From: Chrysomallon squamiferum
Taxonomy: Eukaryota > Animalia > Mollusca
NCBI GenBank assembly: GCA_012295275.1
Contig: CM022670.1
Location: forward strand, 15,810,001-15,874,000
Length of the DNA stretch: 64,000 bases
Direction of reading: 5' to 3'
Shown: in pieces, positions 47,560-61,673 of the stretch
How positions within the stretch are numbered: position 1 is the stretch's first letter
How the letters are laid out: each line of letters begins with the position of its first letter
The notes under the pieces: model-generated
The model's database searches: none
Seen by the model: the letters and a program-made list of their open reading frames with translations, nothing else
Told to the model about the DNA's origin: nothing
Program-made: the position numbers and the translations under genes

Positions 47560-47780
47560 CAAACCCATGTGGCCGCTCGCATACTTGGGGTCAAGGGTCA
47601 CGTTATTTTTATCACGATTTTCCCCCAACTAACAGCAGCCGATTGGCCGCTGCCTAGTTGTGTCAAAGATCACGGGAAACGAAACGAGATTAGTGGTTCA
47701 GTGCGCGAAAACATTCAAATGAGTAGAGTGTGTGGCTGCAGAAGTTTTCGACTCGTGGCAACCAAAGTGTTGGATTTGTG
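47560..47780 (+). promoter_or_regulatory. Probable core promoter of the signal-peptide gene
   Basis: CpG-rich, with an inverted CCAAT (gattggc, 47641), an Inr-like TCAGT at ~47698 and tcaagggtca at 47591; ~190 nt upstream of the ATG at 47888. Confidence 0.5.
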
Positions 47781-47887
47781 AATATTCTTCAGACATTGTA
47801 AGCTAAACAAAACCAACCAAAAAAAAAAAAAAAAAAAAAAAAAAACCTAATGAGGATTTAGGAGTACTTTTATCATCTCTCCGAGAA

Positions 47888-47939
47888 ATGGGGCGAGGCA
47901 TTACTGCATGGTTGTTACTGTTATTGCTGTATGTACAAG
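47888..47939 (+). CDS. First coding exon (signal peptide) of an unidentified secreted or membrane protein; intron extends beyond the window
   Basis: gaaATG GGG CGA GGC ATT ACT GCA TGG TTG TTA CTG TTA TTG CTG TAT GTA CAA G|gtaagt = MGRGITAWLLLLLLYVQ. Good Kozak context, basic n-region plus Leu h-region, and a consensus phase-1 donor typical of signal-peptide exons. Confidence 0.7.
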
Positions 47940-50110
47940 GTAAGTCGTTTTAACCATACTATATAAGTGTTTTGTCTGGCTTAAAATTATATATATATAT
48001 ATATATACACATGTATGTCTTAATTCTTTTCTCTCTCCTCGAATCCTGTTTTTGTGCTCTGTGTTCAGGAAATCTGTTGCAATGGTAGTTCTTCGCGTGT
48101 ATGTTTTTGCGTAAATAATGAACCCCCTTTCATGCTTGACAGAACTTTAATAATCCAGTACATTAATTGGTACAGAGAAGAAGAGGAACATAGAGTTGGG
48201 GCTTTTGCGTTTAAGACGCATCATATAGTATATTGTTGAGTACTGATGTTTTCAGTGAATGAATGTCGCGCTTGGCTTGTAATCGAAAATAGACGATAAA
48301 AGGGGCGGATGAGATACAAGACTGAAGCTTTATTTTCTTGATTCGAACGCTTCTTATGTATTACATATTTTTGATATTATAACAGTTCCTTTACATAATG
48401 CACTAGTTAATAAATAACGATCATATTTATAGATTTTTATTTTATTTTATTTTGTTATTTATTTTTTCTTTAAAAAATTCAGTAATTAAATCTTCTTAAA
48501 TTCATAGGTCAAATAAGTAGAATCAGGTATTACAAAGTTCGCAATATTTTTTTTTTTTCATTTTAAAGATTATATATACAGTGCTTCTTCATCTTTACAA
48601 AACAATATAATTTTTTAAATTTCTTATTAATTTGTATTAATTTTTTTTTGGTTTGTATTATTTTTGTAGAATATAAAATTTTCATAGAATATATATTTTA
48701 TTTAATTTTTTAATTTTAATTTTTTTTGTTTTATTAATATATATATATCCTTTTTTTTTTAATGTTTGGACAAAGTTCAAATTAGGTTTAAATTTTAGTT
48801 TAAAATTGTTTTTACTCTTTTTTTTTCTTCCTTTTGTTTTGTCTTTTTGTTTTGATAAATTTCCTTATTGATGTTTGTTTTTATTCTTTTTTTCTTTTTT
48901 TTTTTCCTTCCTTAAATAAAAAAAAATAAAATAAAAAAATGGTTTAGATAGTTACTTTTGTTTCTGTTACATATTTTTTTTCTTTTTTTTTTATAAATAA
49001 TAATATAACCTAATCACATTATCAGTGATCCCAATAAATCTTTGCCGTGACTCTGGTGCATGTTTTAATTTGCCAGTAATTGAGATATCTGATTTGTGTG
49101 TTGTGATGCCCTGGGCATTGTACAATATTAAATAACTCAACTCTGTGACTGCCCTGAAGACAAGCTTTGATAAATATATATTTTTTTCTTATTATGTGCT
49201 CCCACTTAATCTCTCCTTTTCTCTACCGGTGTCGCACAGTATAAAGTATTTTACAACTAACTGTTTGAGCATAAGAGTTTCTGTCTGATGTGTGTAGATT
49301 GTTTGTATTGTTTGCTGTAGTTAATAATTGTTGTATTTAAGTCATTTCAAATATGAATGGGTGGCATATGAAAATGTTTTTCGCTTTTGCTCATAAATTG
49401 TCGAAAATTGTATTTTCAAAAATTCCCACTTAGCCTTTTGAAATTATGAACCCAAATTATTTAATGAAAATAAATTATAAATTTTCATAGTCAGTGAAGC
49501 TTTTCTCTTCTTCTAATTTATACATTTGATGAATGGTTTTTTTTCTGTAGATTTTACATATATTTGAATTTAAGCTGTTCTTCTCAAATCTACACAGATT
49601 TGACAGGACAGTACAAACCTGTAAATGTTATGTTTCATCTCAGTTCCTTATCAGTTGAAGCTCTTTAATGAAACATTAGTAGTTTTATCTTTTTTCTGTT
49701 GAACACCATTTCTTCTTTTCTTTAAACTGGAACCAGTGTTTATCAGACAAGTGGAAATATCAGATGTACTTTGTGCACTGATATTTTAATCAGAATTAGT
49801 CAAAGTATTAACTGTTAAGACTCAAATTTTCTGTTTTATTCAGAGATCTTGATGTCTTCAACAAGATAAGAATTTTATAACTTAAAAAAAAAAAGAAGAA
49901 AAGAAATAAAAATAATGGTTTTGATTGTCAGAATCAAAGGTCCTTAGTTGTAATGTTACGATGCTGCCATTATCACTGGTGGAATTAGAACAAAACAAAA
50001 CTGTGTTGTGGTTATTACAGGGTACTGAGAATTGATTAAGTGATATATCACTAAATGAGATTGTTAGTGATTTATCGATATTACTGGAGTTATGTGACAT
50101 ACTTCAAAAA

Positions 50111-50200
50111 CATACATACATACAAACATACATACATACATACATACATACATACATACATACATACATACATACATACATACATACATACATACATACA

Positions 50201-50236
<36 letters not shown>

Positions 50237-50250
50237 TACATACATACATT
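50111..50250. repeat. (CATA)n tetranucleotide microsatellite
   Basis: Directly visible; explains the spurious HTYI/MYVC ORFs. Confidence 0.95.
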
Positions 50251-51877
50251 TACACACACGTATGTGCGTACTTATTTATTATATACTCATACAACACACC
50301 CATAAAATACATTTCATAAACAAACCACCTCTGTAGTGTAAAGATGTTTTTATTTCTATCTTTGAGGTATATTTTTAGAAATAAGTCAGCTCCCCCCAAA
50401 AAAAAATACTGCCAATCTAGCATAATTTGCAAGCTGGTTAATTGGCTAATTATTTATGAACAATTTCTAGCAGCCATCTACAAAAAGAAAAAAGAAAAGA
50501 AAAAGTTTAAAAATAAAGAAAGAAATATTTGTGTGTATATTTAGGGGTTTTTTTTTGTTTTCTTTCTCTGTCGTGTATTATTGTATAGCTTACAAGTTCA
50601 ATACTGAACATATTTCACATCTTCTAACTTCTAATTAAAGCAAACTTTGCAGCATTTTTAAGCTTCTTGAGAAAACTTTTGACTATCTTCATGTCAACAC
50701 TGGGCTAAATAACACCATTGGTTATGTTTCTTGATAGAACTCTCCCAGCTGGTTTCAATTTGCATAGACCTATTTTTTGGCCTCAGTTAGAAAAGAGAAA
50801 AATCTGCAATATACATATTATAACAATAACAGAACAATTTGTGAAATTTTGTTATGCATTCTTTCTAACACTTCCTAGCAATAAAATTAGTATATTAATT
50901 AGCATGTTAACTCCAAATCAGCAAAAAAGCATTTCACGGACTGTTAGCCTAAAATTGTATAGCTTTTGTTTAAACATTTCCAAACTTATAAACCACTGCT
51001 TGTCATTTTCTAATTTTCACTATCATCTTTATGCTCAAGATCAATGGGGATTCTTTGGTCAAGAGTAGGTACAGAGGGGTCTATATCCACAGTTATTTTT
51101 ACATAAATAAAAACATAATTTTTGTTAAAAAATGCTTTTGTCATCTAACAAAAAAAGTCATTAAAAAAAACCCCAACAAAACAATTTAAAAATACCAACA
51201 AAAACCCCCATCAAAACATTAAAAGAAAGGGACGAACTTCCACTGGTTGTGTCAGAAATCAGAGATTAGTTTTATTTTGTGTTATGTGGGGGAATATCAG
51301 CTGAAAGTTTGTCCAGTCTCACTTGCTGTACAGGTGTAATCATTATTGACACCTGTGATTTACAACATAACAATGTTACACCTCACTGCCTGCCACTCAT
51401 TTGCTCTATCTTTAACAAATTGGTCTTAACACCCTTTACCCACCATTTCCTTTCCTTTGAATAAAAATTATGGTTACAAATGAGTGGATTACAGGAGGCT
51501 GAAACGTTCAAAGAAGGTGGGTACAGTTAAAGGAGACTGGTACATTTTTGCACACATCTGTTGTTTTTACATGAGAATATCAGTAGGAAGTCGCAGTCTA
51601 AGAGTTCATCATGGGATTATTTTCCACGATGTCAATGCCATAACACTTTTAGATAATACCACCACCAGCTTTAATCTTCGAGGCCAAAGTTGTAATGAGT
51701 TATTCATTTATGTTGCACGGTGTGTAATATTTTTCATATCTACTTGTGTGTGAATCCATTAGCTAATGCACACTAATAAACAGTACTGTGTCAAGAGCTG
51801 ACAGCCGTCTGGTAATGTTTGGTTAATATCTGGTAGAAGTGCACCTTCTTTAGAATGATTTTATACTGGGTTTTCAG

Positions 51878-51952
51878 TAGAAGAAAGATGAAGGAACATA
51901 TCCTGAATAACCTGATTTTTAAATTAATTTTAATTATTACTTTTTTTTTTTT

Positions 51953-51983
<31 letters not shown>

Positions 51984-52130
51984 AAGTTAATGATCAGATT
52001 CATTAAAATTCGAATAGAGGAAAGATGAAGGAATATATTCTGGTTTTCTAATTTTCAAAATTGAAAGCAAAACATTTTTAATTATTTTTTTAATATAAAA
52101 TAAATGATCTGATTCATTAAAATTTAATTA
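51878..52130. repeat. Diverged ~135-bp tandem duplication
   Basis: aaagatgaaggaa.atat.ctg ... atgatc.gattcattaaaatt occurs twice. Confidence 0.65.
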
Positions 52131-53859
52131 GAACTAACAGTAAGTAATGCAGTAGTCGATGAAATGTGTGTGTTTAATATATCACGTATGAAACAAGGTT
52201 ACGGCATCATCTAATTAGTCAGTGTATCTAACGGTCTGGAGAAACTGTAAATCTTAATAAGTAATAAATCATGTGTCTCATCTTACACAGCTTTCATTTT
52301 AGCGTTAGGTAACAAAGTGAATGAGAGATAATTAAGCCAGACACCTGATCTTGTGTAACCTGACTCTGTTTTCTATGTTGTGTAATAATGGTGTTGTGTA
52401 ATATCCAACTGTGTAGTATTATTAATACAGGTTTCACCTGGATATTCCACACCGCTATAATATTATGGTATGCACTGTCATGCATTTGGCTGTTTTATAA
52501 AAAAATTACAGTAACAGTTGCAGGTTTTTGTTTCAGAAATGATGCATTTAAACTCTGAAGATCATTTCTCCTTAATACTCTTAGTTTGCTTATATCCTGT
52601 TCCAGAGAGTACAGTCTGTTTTGCTGTCTATGAGCAGGTGCAAAAATTAATATTTCAGTATAACAATTAAAAGAAAAATATAACAGTTTGAGAAATAGTG
52701 TGTTTTGCTGTCAGTTTTCCTTTCATTTATACTTTAATTTTTATAATTTACAAGCAGTCACATGACAGATGAAGGCTTAAAATTAAAAATGTTGTCATTT
52801 ATTTCCAATTCCAACTTCAGCTATTTAAATTTTATATGTTGTAAAAACATTACATAACATATCCAGATATTTAAAAGTTAACAGATTATTTCAAAAATGT
52901 TATATTTTCTGAAGTAAATGCAAATGCTGTTGTGATTTAGATATGTGTGTCTCTCTCTCTCCCTCTCTCTCTCTCTCTCTTCTGATATTTCTTCGAATAT
53001 AATTTTTTATAGAAATTTAATACAGAGATGAGTAAATCTTTTATTACACTGGGTCAAGATTTCTTTGTCACCTTCAGTAACAGTAAACCATTGAAACAGC
53101 CATCTTCCTGTCCCACTGAATTATGGGAAATGATTTACTCCAGTCAGGTGCTTGACCAATAAATGTCACTAGCTGTGTGTTATCTCATTAATAACTTTTT
53201 TTTTTTTCTCTCTCTTTTTTTTTTTTTTTTTTTTTTCTCTGTTATATATCAACATGGATAATTTATAGTGACAAATAGCTTGATATTAAAAAAAAAGAAA
53301 AAGACTTTAATAGACGAGCGGGGAAAAAGACATCATAAGCCATGGTTAATTAACTATTTCATTTGTAAAAAAAAATATATAATAAATATGTGATGTAAAA
53401 GCTTCTGATCGAAGAAAAATAGTTTTTAGGGTTAAATGTATAATTGCTGAAATAATTAGAAAAAAAAAAAAAAACTGTTTTGTAGAAATATGAACTATGA
53501 AATCTGCATAAACATATGTGTTTGTGTGTTTATGTGTGTGTGTATTTGTTTTCAGTTTTATTTTTCCCTCATTCACTGTTTTAATTTCACATAAAGCCAG
53601 CTTCCAGTTTTCTTTTGGCATCAGAACTATGACAACAATTCTGTTACTGTGACTTTCACTTGCTTGTTATCTGTAAAAAGAGAAAGAAAAATGATCCTTT
53701 GTATGCAGAGATCATCCTACTGCCATTCTTAGCCTAGACAAACTGAAAGGTAATCATTTACCTGAGTTAATGTTCTTATTACTGTACTGAGCTGTCTGTG
53801 AGTGCTCTGTGATGGAGTTATGAGTAATTAGTGAACCACCCAGATATGTCTTTAACACT

Positions 53860-54925
53860 CACAAACACTTCTAACACACAGAAACATGTCTAACACAGAA
53901 ACATATCTAACACACATACACCTGTAACACAGATACACCTCTAATACAGATACACTTCTAACACATATATACCTCTAACACACAGATACATTTCCAACAT
54001 ATAGATGATACATATCTAACACACAGATACACCTCTAACACAGATTTACTTTTAACACACATATATGCCTTTAACACACAGAAACCTCTAACACACAGAA
54101 TTTAACACAGAGAAACACAGATACACCTCTAACACACAGAACACATAGATATATAACACAGATGCACCTCTAAACACAGATACACCTCTAACACACAGAT
54201 TAACACAGATACATTTTAAACACAGATTTCTAACACACAGATTTAACACACAGATATATACACTTCTAACACAGATACACCTCTAACACACAGATACACT
54301 CTAACACACAGATACTTCTAACACACAGATACACCTCTAACACACAGATACACCTCTAACACACAGATACACCTCTAACACACAGATACACTTCTAACAC
54401 AGAAACACCTCTAACACAGATACACCTCTAACACACAGATACACCTCTAACACACAGATACACTACTAACACATATACACCTCTAACACACAGATACACC
54501 TCTATCACACAGATACTTCTAACACACAGATACACCTCTAACACAGAGATATACGTCTAATACCAAAATACACTTCTAGTACACAGAAACACCTCTGATA
54601 CACAGATTCACTTCTGATACAGAAATATGTCTCTAACACACAGATACACCTCTAACACAGATACACCTCTAACACACAGATACATCTCTATCACACAGAT
54701 ACACCTCTAACACAGATACACCTCTATCACACAGATACATCTCTATCACACAGATACACCTCTAACACAGATACACCCCTAACACACAGATACATCTCTA
54801 TCACACAGATACACCTCTATCACACAGATACACCTCTGACACAGAGATATACATCTAATACTGAAATACACTTCTAGTACACAGAAACACCTTTGATACA
54901 CAGATACACTTTAACACACAGATGC
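53860..54925. repeat. ~1-kb minisatellite, 17-19 bp unit (ctctaacacacagatacac)
   Basis: Dozens of tandem variants of acctctaac(ac)acagatac, more degenerate toward the left end. Confidence 0.95.
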
Positions 54926-56958
54926 ATGCAGTAGTCAGAACTGGGGCCATGTGGTGTCGTTCACCTCTGAATGCAGCACCCACTATGGCTAATTGAGTGA
55001 CAACGTTGATAACACAGCACAATGTTACCTCATACAAGGGTATAATCACAATTAGCCAAAATGACCCCCTGGGGTGCCCTCTACCCCAGGAGCCAGCCCA
55101 GCCTTTCAGTTTGATCAGGTAGGATTGATTATTTTGATGCTGATTCTCTCTTTATTAGATTAGCTTGTTCATCGCCTGTCCTAGCTGCTTTCAATTAGAC
55201 CCAGTGAAGACTTAATGTGAACTGAGTTCTCTATTCTCAGGGGTATGATCTGCTACCTCCTACATTTAACATTCAACATCATACAAAACAGCAGCACTTT
55301 GAGAGTAATTTATGATTCTTATTTGGTTTTTAAGCATTGTGTATACATTTAGAATGCTTAAATACTGTGTTTGTGTGTGTGTGTGTGTGATGCTTAAATA
55401 TTTTTATTTTTTTATTTTCTATTTTTTAAAAAGAAAAACAGGCTTTAAAATTTCAACTATATGTTATTATTTCACTGTTGCAGATACAAATCAGACAGTT
55501 TGAATATTTAACTTAAAGATATATTTTTTGTGTAATGTTCTGGATATTGATGTAATATCAAATTATAGTATTTTACATTATGGTTTATGCGATTTCCAAC
55601 TAAATGAAATCTGTCAGTTTAATAAAAAGATAAATTTCGTTTCTATTAAGTTAAATCAGTTACATTCATAATGAATGTGTTTTTATTAATATCTTTATAT
55701 TTTTCAGATTAAGGTTAAAATCATTAATAAAAATAGCTTGCTGTATTCTTTCATTTATAAAATAAATATCATAAAATACAGATGAAAGAATTTTTTCTGT
55801 ATTGAAATGACAGTATTTTATTTTATTTATTTATTTATTTTTTTAATTTGTTTTCAGTAATTTTTTTGTTTATTTAAGTAAAAATGTAAATATTTATAGA
55901 CAGTTGTATTATCAATAAACAAACAACTGTTAAACTTGGAATTCATGTTACATACCGTTATCAGCAGAAAACAGAGTTTGTTACAAACAAAATGGAGAAA
56001 AATCTATTTTCCTAACAAACATAAACCAAAAAAAAAAAAAAAAAAAAAAAAGTGTAAAAAGTGTAAAAAAGAAAAAGAAAATCTTAGTTAAGCTGACTAA
56101 TTCTCAGCTTAGATTTTTATAAAAATGATTTCGACATTTATCCTTTGGCTTGAACATAAGTTCTGTCTTTGTGATTTGACAAATGACAATATAATCCTCC
56201 ACGCAACCTGGATGTCAGCATGAACACCACTTTGTTTTTATTCTGACAGCTGCATGTATTTAAGTATTTTGTTTTCCTTTAACAAAAAAGCACTCATTAA
56301 AAAAAGAAAAATTTGACTTGTCTTCTCTACATGACAAATTTGTCACCGGGCCTGCACCTACACAGAAGAAATATAATCCATATTGAAAAAAAGTCGATTG
56401 ATCTGATTGCATCTTTTGTGGAAATGATGGTGAATGAAAAGAAGGAAATGGTGATTCTTGCATCACCAGAGATTGCATCACAGAGCATTGCATACCATTA
56501 CGTAACATACCCAATGAACCCAAAATAATTTGTTCTTCTTCACAACTTCCTGCCTAAATTATGTAAGAAAAATTAGCACAACACAGCCAAGTGAATCCAA
56601 AGAATTATTTTTTCTTTTTTTCCCAAAAGAAATCTTTGTAGCCGACCTTCAGAAAAAGACATGCGCCAGACTCAATTAACATGTGAATCTGTAGCCTGGT
56701 GTGAATGGACTATCACCTGTCCTACAAGGCAAGCATTCATCGCATTTCACAAAAGACCTCAATAGGCTGTTGTGACTTTGAAGGACCCGTTCTTGAAACA
56801 GACCCTCTCCCAGCAAGTACTACTTGATGTTCTCTCCAGCGTGTGTTAACACTGCAGTCACTCTGACACCTGTGACCAAAGTAAACAGTCAACACGAGTG
56901 GCGGCTTAGCGTTCTGTCTTAACACTTCTTAGTACTGAGTCCAGGCAAAGATATCAGC

Positions 56959-57302
56959 ACACAGAGAATTAATCAGCATGTAGAGATTCACCATATGAGT
57001 TTACATGTAAGAAATATGTAAAATATAACAGCACAGAGAATTAATCAGCATGTAGAGATTCACCATATGAGTTTACATGTAAGAAATATGTAAAATATAA
57101 CAGCACAGAGAATTAATCAGCATGTAGAGATTCACCATATGAGTTTATATGTAAGAAATATGTAAAATATAACAGCACAGAGAATTAATCAGCATGTAGA
57201 GATTCACCATATGAGTTTATATGTAAGAAATATGTAAAATATAACAGCACAGAGAATTAATCAGCATGTAGAGATTCACCACATAGGTTTTTATATGTAA
57301 GA
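56959..57302. repeat. 72-bp tandem repeat, ~4.7 near-identical copies
   Basis: gcacagagaattaatcagcatgtagagattcacca... recurs at 57031, 57103, 57175 and 57247. Confidence 0.95.
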
Positions 57303-57830
57303 AAACTTTGATATCCATAAAAATATTCAGTTACTATTTTGCTCTGATTGTTTAAAGATCACACAAATTTAGACTGATTAAAGCATTTTTACAAATTCAA
57401 AAAGAGTTTTTTAAGTAAGAAATATGGTGAAACGTTTTGTAATTTGTTCTGTGTATTAATGTTTTAATCATTACATATGTACAATTATAACAAATAAGCT
57501 TGGAATTTAGAATGAGCATTTAATGAGGACCGGTAATTGTATAATTATTTGGTTAATATATTACATCCTTTGGAAGGTTTCTTCTCCAGTGTCTTACAAC
57601 TGTTATTAAAAAAATCCAACTTATTTTGACACACACTAGAAAACCCACACCACATTAACGTTTTTAAGACTTTCTTCAGTATTAAATGATCCAAAGTAAA
57701 ATTGTAAAATCAAAGCAGATTCTTTAAAACTATTCAGCCAGCTGACACGTTTTTTGCTAATTAAAACAAAATTTCAGAAACCATTAACCCTATACAAAAA
57801 TAACCCTTTGTGACAGGTGCAAACAGGAAT

Positions 57831-57865
<35 letters not shown>

Positions 57866-58261
57866 AAGCTAAATTCTGCACCAATCATTTTCAAAATGAG
57901 GCACACCTGTTATTAGACTTCCTCGCCAAGAGAATAATGTGTTTTTTTTCTTTTTATATAAATATATATATATATATATATATAAATTTCTTATTCATCC
58001 TAAAATGTTATAACAGCCACATTGCTTAGTTGTACGATAAAAATGAAACCTTTGATGCATTTGGGAATCCTTGGTTGGTCCAGTGATTGAACCAAGCATG
58101 AGGCAGACTGAAAGTCACTCGTCAGTCTGAGTGTGAGTGAAACGTGAAAGATAAAAACGAAGATAGAGTTTTCAAGTATAAGAGAGTGATTAAAATGAGA
58201 TACTACATCCCATGTGTTTTCCTCTCACTGATAAAGACATGACGATGAGGAAAAAGATTAA

Positions 58262-58293
<32 letters not shown>

Positions 58294-59532
58294 TGGGAAG
58301 ATACAGTTAATGATTCTTCCTGGGTGTTCACATTTTCATTAGTGAAAACCAATGTTGCAAATGGGATTTGGAAAAAGATTATATTCAGAGATGTTAGTTT
58401 AATATTGTTTCTCTATAAATATCAGGTAAGGTTTGTAATGCCTTAAAAAAAAAAATTTGGAGTATAAAATGTTCAGGTTCAATTTGGTTACCTTTACATC
58501 ATCTGAAATGCTACAAGACTGCTGAAGTAACATGAGGAATGTATGTGTATATTTCCAATTGTCTGTATACTCTGGACACTGAATTAAATTTGAATCCAGG
58601 GTGTGTCATAGAATACTTAGAATAAATTATTGAAGTGTAGTCAAACATTATCAAGCTAACATACTATGAAGTTATTGAATGTAATCTGATGAACTACTTT
58701 TATTGTTTTTTTTATAGCTTTAGCATGGTTCCAATCAAATGTCATTGTACAGCACAGAGAAAAAATATTCTAAATACAGCAGTGCAGTACAAACTGTCTG
58801 TCATTGTGTATGTATGTGTGTATGTGTGTCATCGTGTGTGTTTGTTGGTCTGTATACATTAAATGTGCTTGTTTGTGTAGGTGTCAGTTCATATAACTTG
58901 GTGTAAGGTATAAAGTATCATTCACAGAAATCAGTAATCTTTTTATCTACAGACAAGTATTAAACAAGTTGAGTATCATTACCTGTAGCAGTGTCACAAA
59001 GACCCTAAGACAAAGAAGTCTGAATAAAGAAGGATCTCTGTGCTACAGCAATAAAAGATGAAACAGAAATGAGTTCTTCACTAGTGGAGTGTTTAACCCG
59101 AGGCAGCAAATCTGGATTATATATTGTTATTGGCTGTAGATGAAGCCTGCAGTGCTGCAAATCCACAACTCCTGTGTTTACCAGTCACAAATACATCTAC
59201 ATGGTGAAATAAATAAAATGCAGAAATGTAAAACATATTCTGTTAATAATTCAGACTTGTGCTTTAAATATTAGCACATGAAGTTAAAGTTTTTTTGTTA
59301 TTCAGCATTTGTAAAATACGATGTTGTTTTCAGCTGTGTTAGGTGGAAATAAATTATTAAATTTGACAGAATTATTATTATTATCATTACATAAGCAGGA
59401 TATCTAAAAAAGGGAAACATTCTGTGAGGTAAAACGTTCTGTATAGTTGTGATTTGTTATAAAAGTTTTTTCACAATGGCAGAAAAAACAACCTATATCA
59501 ACCAAAGCTTATTAAATGAAAAACACAGGGAA

Positions 59533-59712
59533 GAATACATTACCTGTTTCGTTGTGCAAAAAGATGTTATCTCCAGATTCAGCTACATTCTGCAGTACAG
59601 AAACATGCTGATATTATTCAAAAAATACATTACCTGCTTCATTTTACACAACATTATCTGAAGACTCAGCTGTATACTCCTGTACAGAAAAAAAAACACA
59701 CTGATATTATTA
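59533..59712. repeat. Diverged ~90-bp tandem duplication
   Basis: aatacattacctg.ttc...ttatct..aga.tcagct...gtacagaaa...ctgatattatt occurs twice. Confidence 0.65.
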
Positions 59713-59849
59713 TTATTTAAAACATCACTGCATTGTTTAGACTGATACAGAGAGGAGCCCTTTAAGAAGCACTATGGTTATGAACATCAAACACATTCAC
59801 CACATAATAATCTATACACACACACATATAGAAACACTGACACAAACAC

Positions 59850-59882
<33 letters not shown>

Positions 59883-61640
59883 TACATATATACATCATAT
59901 ATAACACAGATAGATATTCAAATACATATTTGTACATACACAGATGGACAAAAACACAGATTTGCATGTGATATAAACACACATACAACAACCATTCTAA
60001 AGCTTAAAACAACTGAAATGCTAAATGGATGAAGAAAGATGTTTTAAATAAATGTTGAGCATTTATCATCTGCGGCATGTTAGAAGATAAACAGTTTGTG
60101 TTTTATATTTTTAATGAACTTGCTCTCCATACTTTGACATTATAGTACATTATTTTTTTTAATGTTCTGTGACAGAAATAATCAAATAGATAAAATGAAA
60201 AGTCTGTTAGTAATTTATTAATAAACATCAAAAAATAAAAATGCAGATACATAACTTAGTGGTATCAGTATCAATGCTTTTCCTGTCTAACCCTCATGTG
60301 ATATCTTTTATAAATATCTGACAAGATTAATACTGCTAATTGTTAAAAATTATGTATTCAGCCATGATGTACCTGGTTTCTTTTCCCAGGTCATTCATTT
60401 AGATATAATATAAATCTTACTTAAACCTTGTTGGCAATGGCTACTGGTAAATTGATTTTAACCATCCAGAAAATGCATGAGTAGCAAATACACCTTAATT
60501 TGCATTTAGATTTTTTTTTTTTTAATATTGATTTACATATATCATTATTTCGTTATTCTAAAATGCTATCTAACCTGCTTGTAGCAACTGACATGCCTGT
60601 TCATTTTTAAAATACTTTTTAAATTTTTCTTCACAGAATCAAACATGTAATTTAATTTTGATATTAATAATTTTCTGGAATGAACGTTTCTAATTAGGGC
60701 TTTGTTATCAGTAATTAAAATATTAGTGAAAACAGAAAATTGTTCTCATTATCTACCAAACAGGTTTAACTCAAAGCTTTCTTAACTTTTCAGCTGAGGT
60801 AGTCAGGATTCCAGCTTCCATCTTGTTTGTCGGTTACCACATTTGGACAAAAGTCGGAGATAAACATCTTCACACCAATTAAACTGTCCCATTTACCCCA
60901 CAAAATGTTTTCTTCTGCTTTGATCACTGCTGGAATTTCTGCACATGGTCATTGTGGTGGTTGGTGTTGTTATGTCAATCTGAACAAATATTTGAGCCTT
61001 CCACTTATTTGAAGAAAAGCTGAACAAAGAAATTTTTAACAGTTCTTCCTTGTTTAATCCTCAAAACCATTTGATTTTCATGTTCGTGAAATATCCAGGA
61101 ATGGCTAAAGTAGCAAATAATCTGTTTGGTCATCTCCTTGGAAACTGATATGTAGCACACACACACACACACACACATTTATAAACACAAACACACATAT
61201 ATACATATAAACACACACATATACACAGACACACACACATATACACATTACAAATTAAAACAGCTTTAAGCATATGTTTCTTACAGTCTAATTAAAGCTA
61301 ATTAAAGCTATTTTGTAACTATACCTGGATTCAATGAATGATGTTTTAACATTGAGGAATACATGAAATCAGTACAATCTATTTTGTTGTGGCTCAAGAA
61401 AATATCAATTTTTGTTGTTTTGTATGACACTAGCAGAAAACTAACTGTGAAAGAAAATTGATAATTCACTGACAAGGAATGTTACATTACAAAGATCCAT
61501 ACTTAAAATTAGTCTCATGAAAATACAATATGGCAGTCTTTATAACCTGGAAAATAAGCTAATTATCTGACAACAGGAGAATTCCTTGCTGAAGATTTCA
61601 GGATGTATGAGTATGTGTTTTTGCCTATAAACATGCAAGG

Positions 61641-61673
<33 letters not shown>

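Noticed and set aside
47344-47781. 145-aa ORF upstream of the signal-peptide exon
   Set aside because: No recognisable domain; overlaps a GC-richer promoter where stop codons are rarer.
56313-56528. Possible second exon of the signal-peptide gene
   Set aside because: The open frame after the nearest acceptor is phase 2, incompatible with the phase-1 donor at 47939, and no domain is recognisable.
56959-57302. 72-bp repeat as a tRNA array or CRISPR
   Set aside because: No cloverleaf, A/B boxes or spacers; a plain AT-rich tandem repeat.
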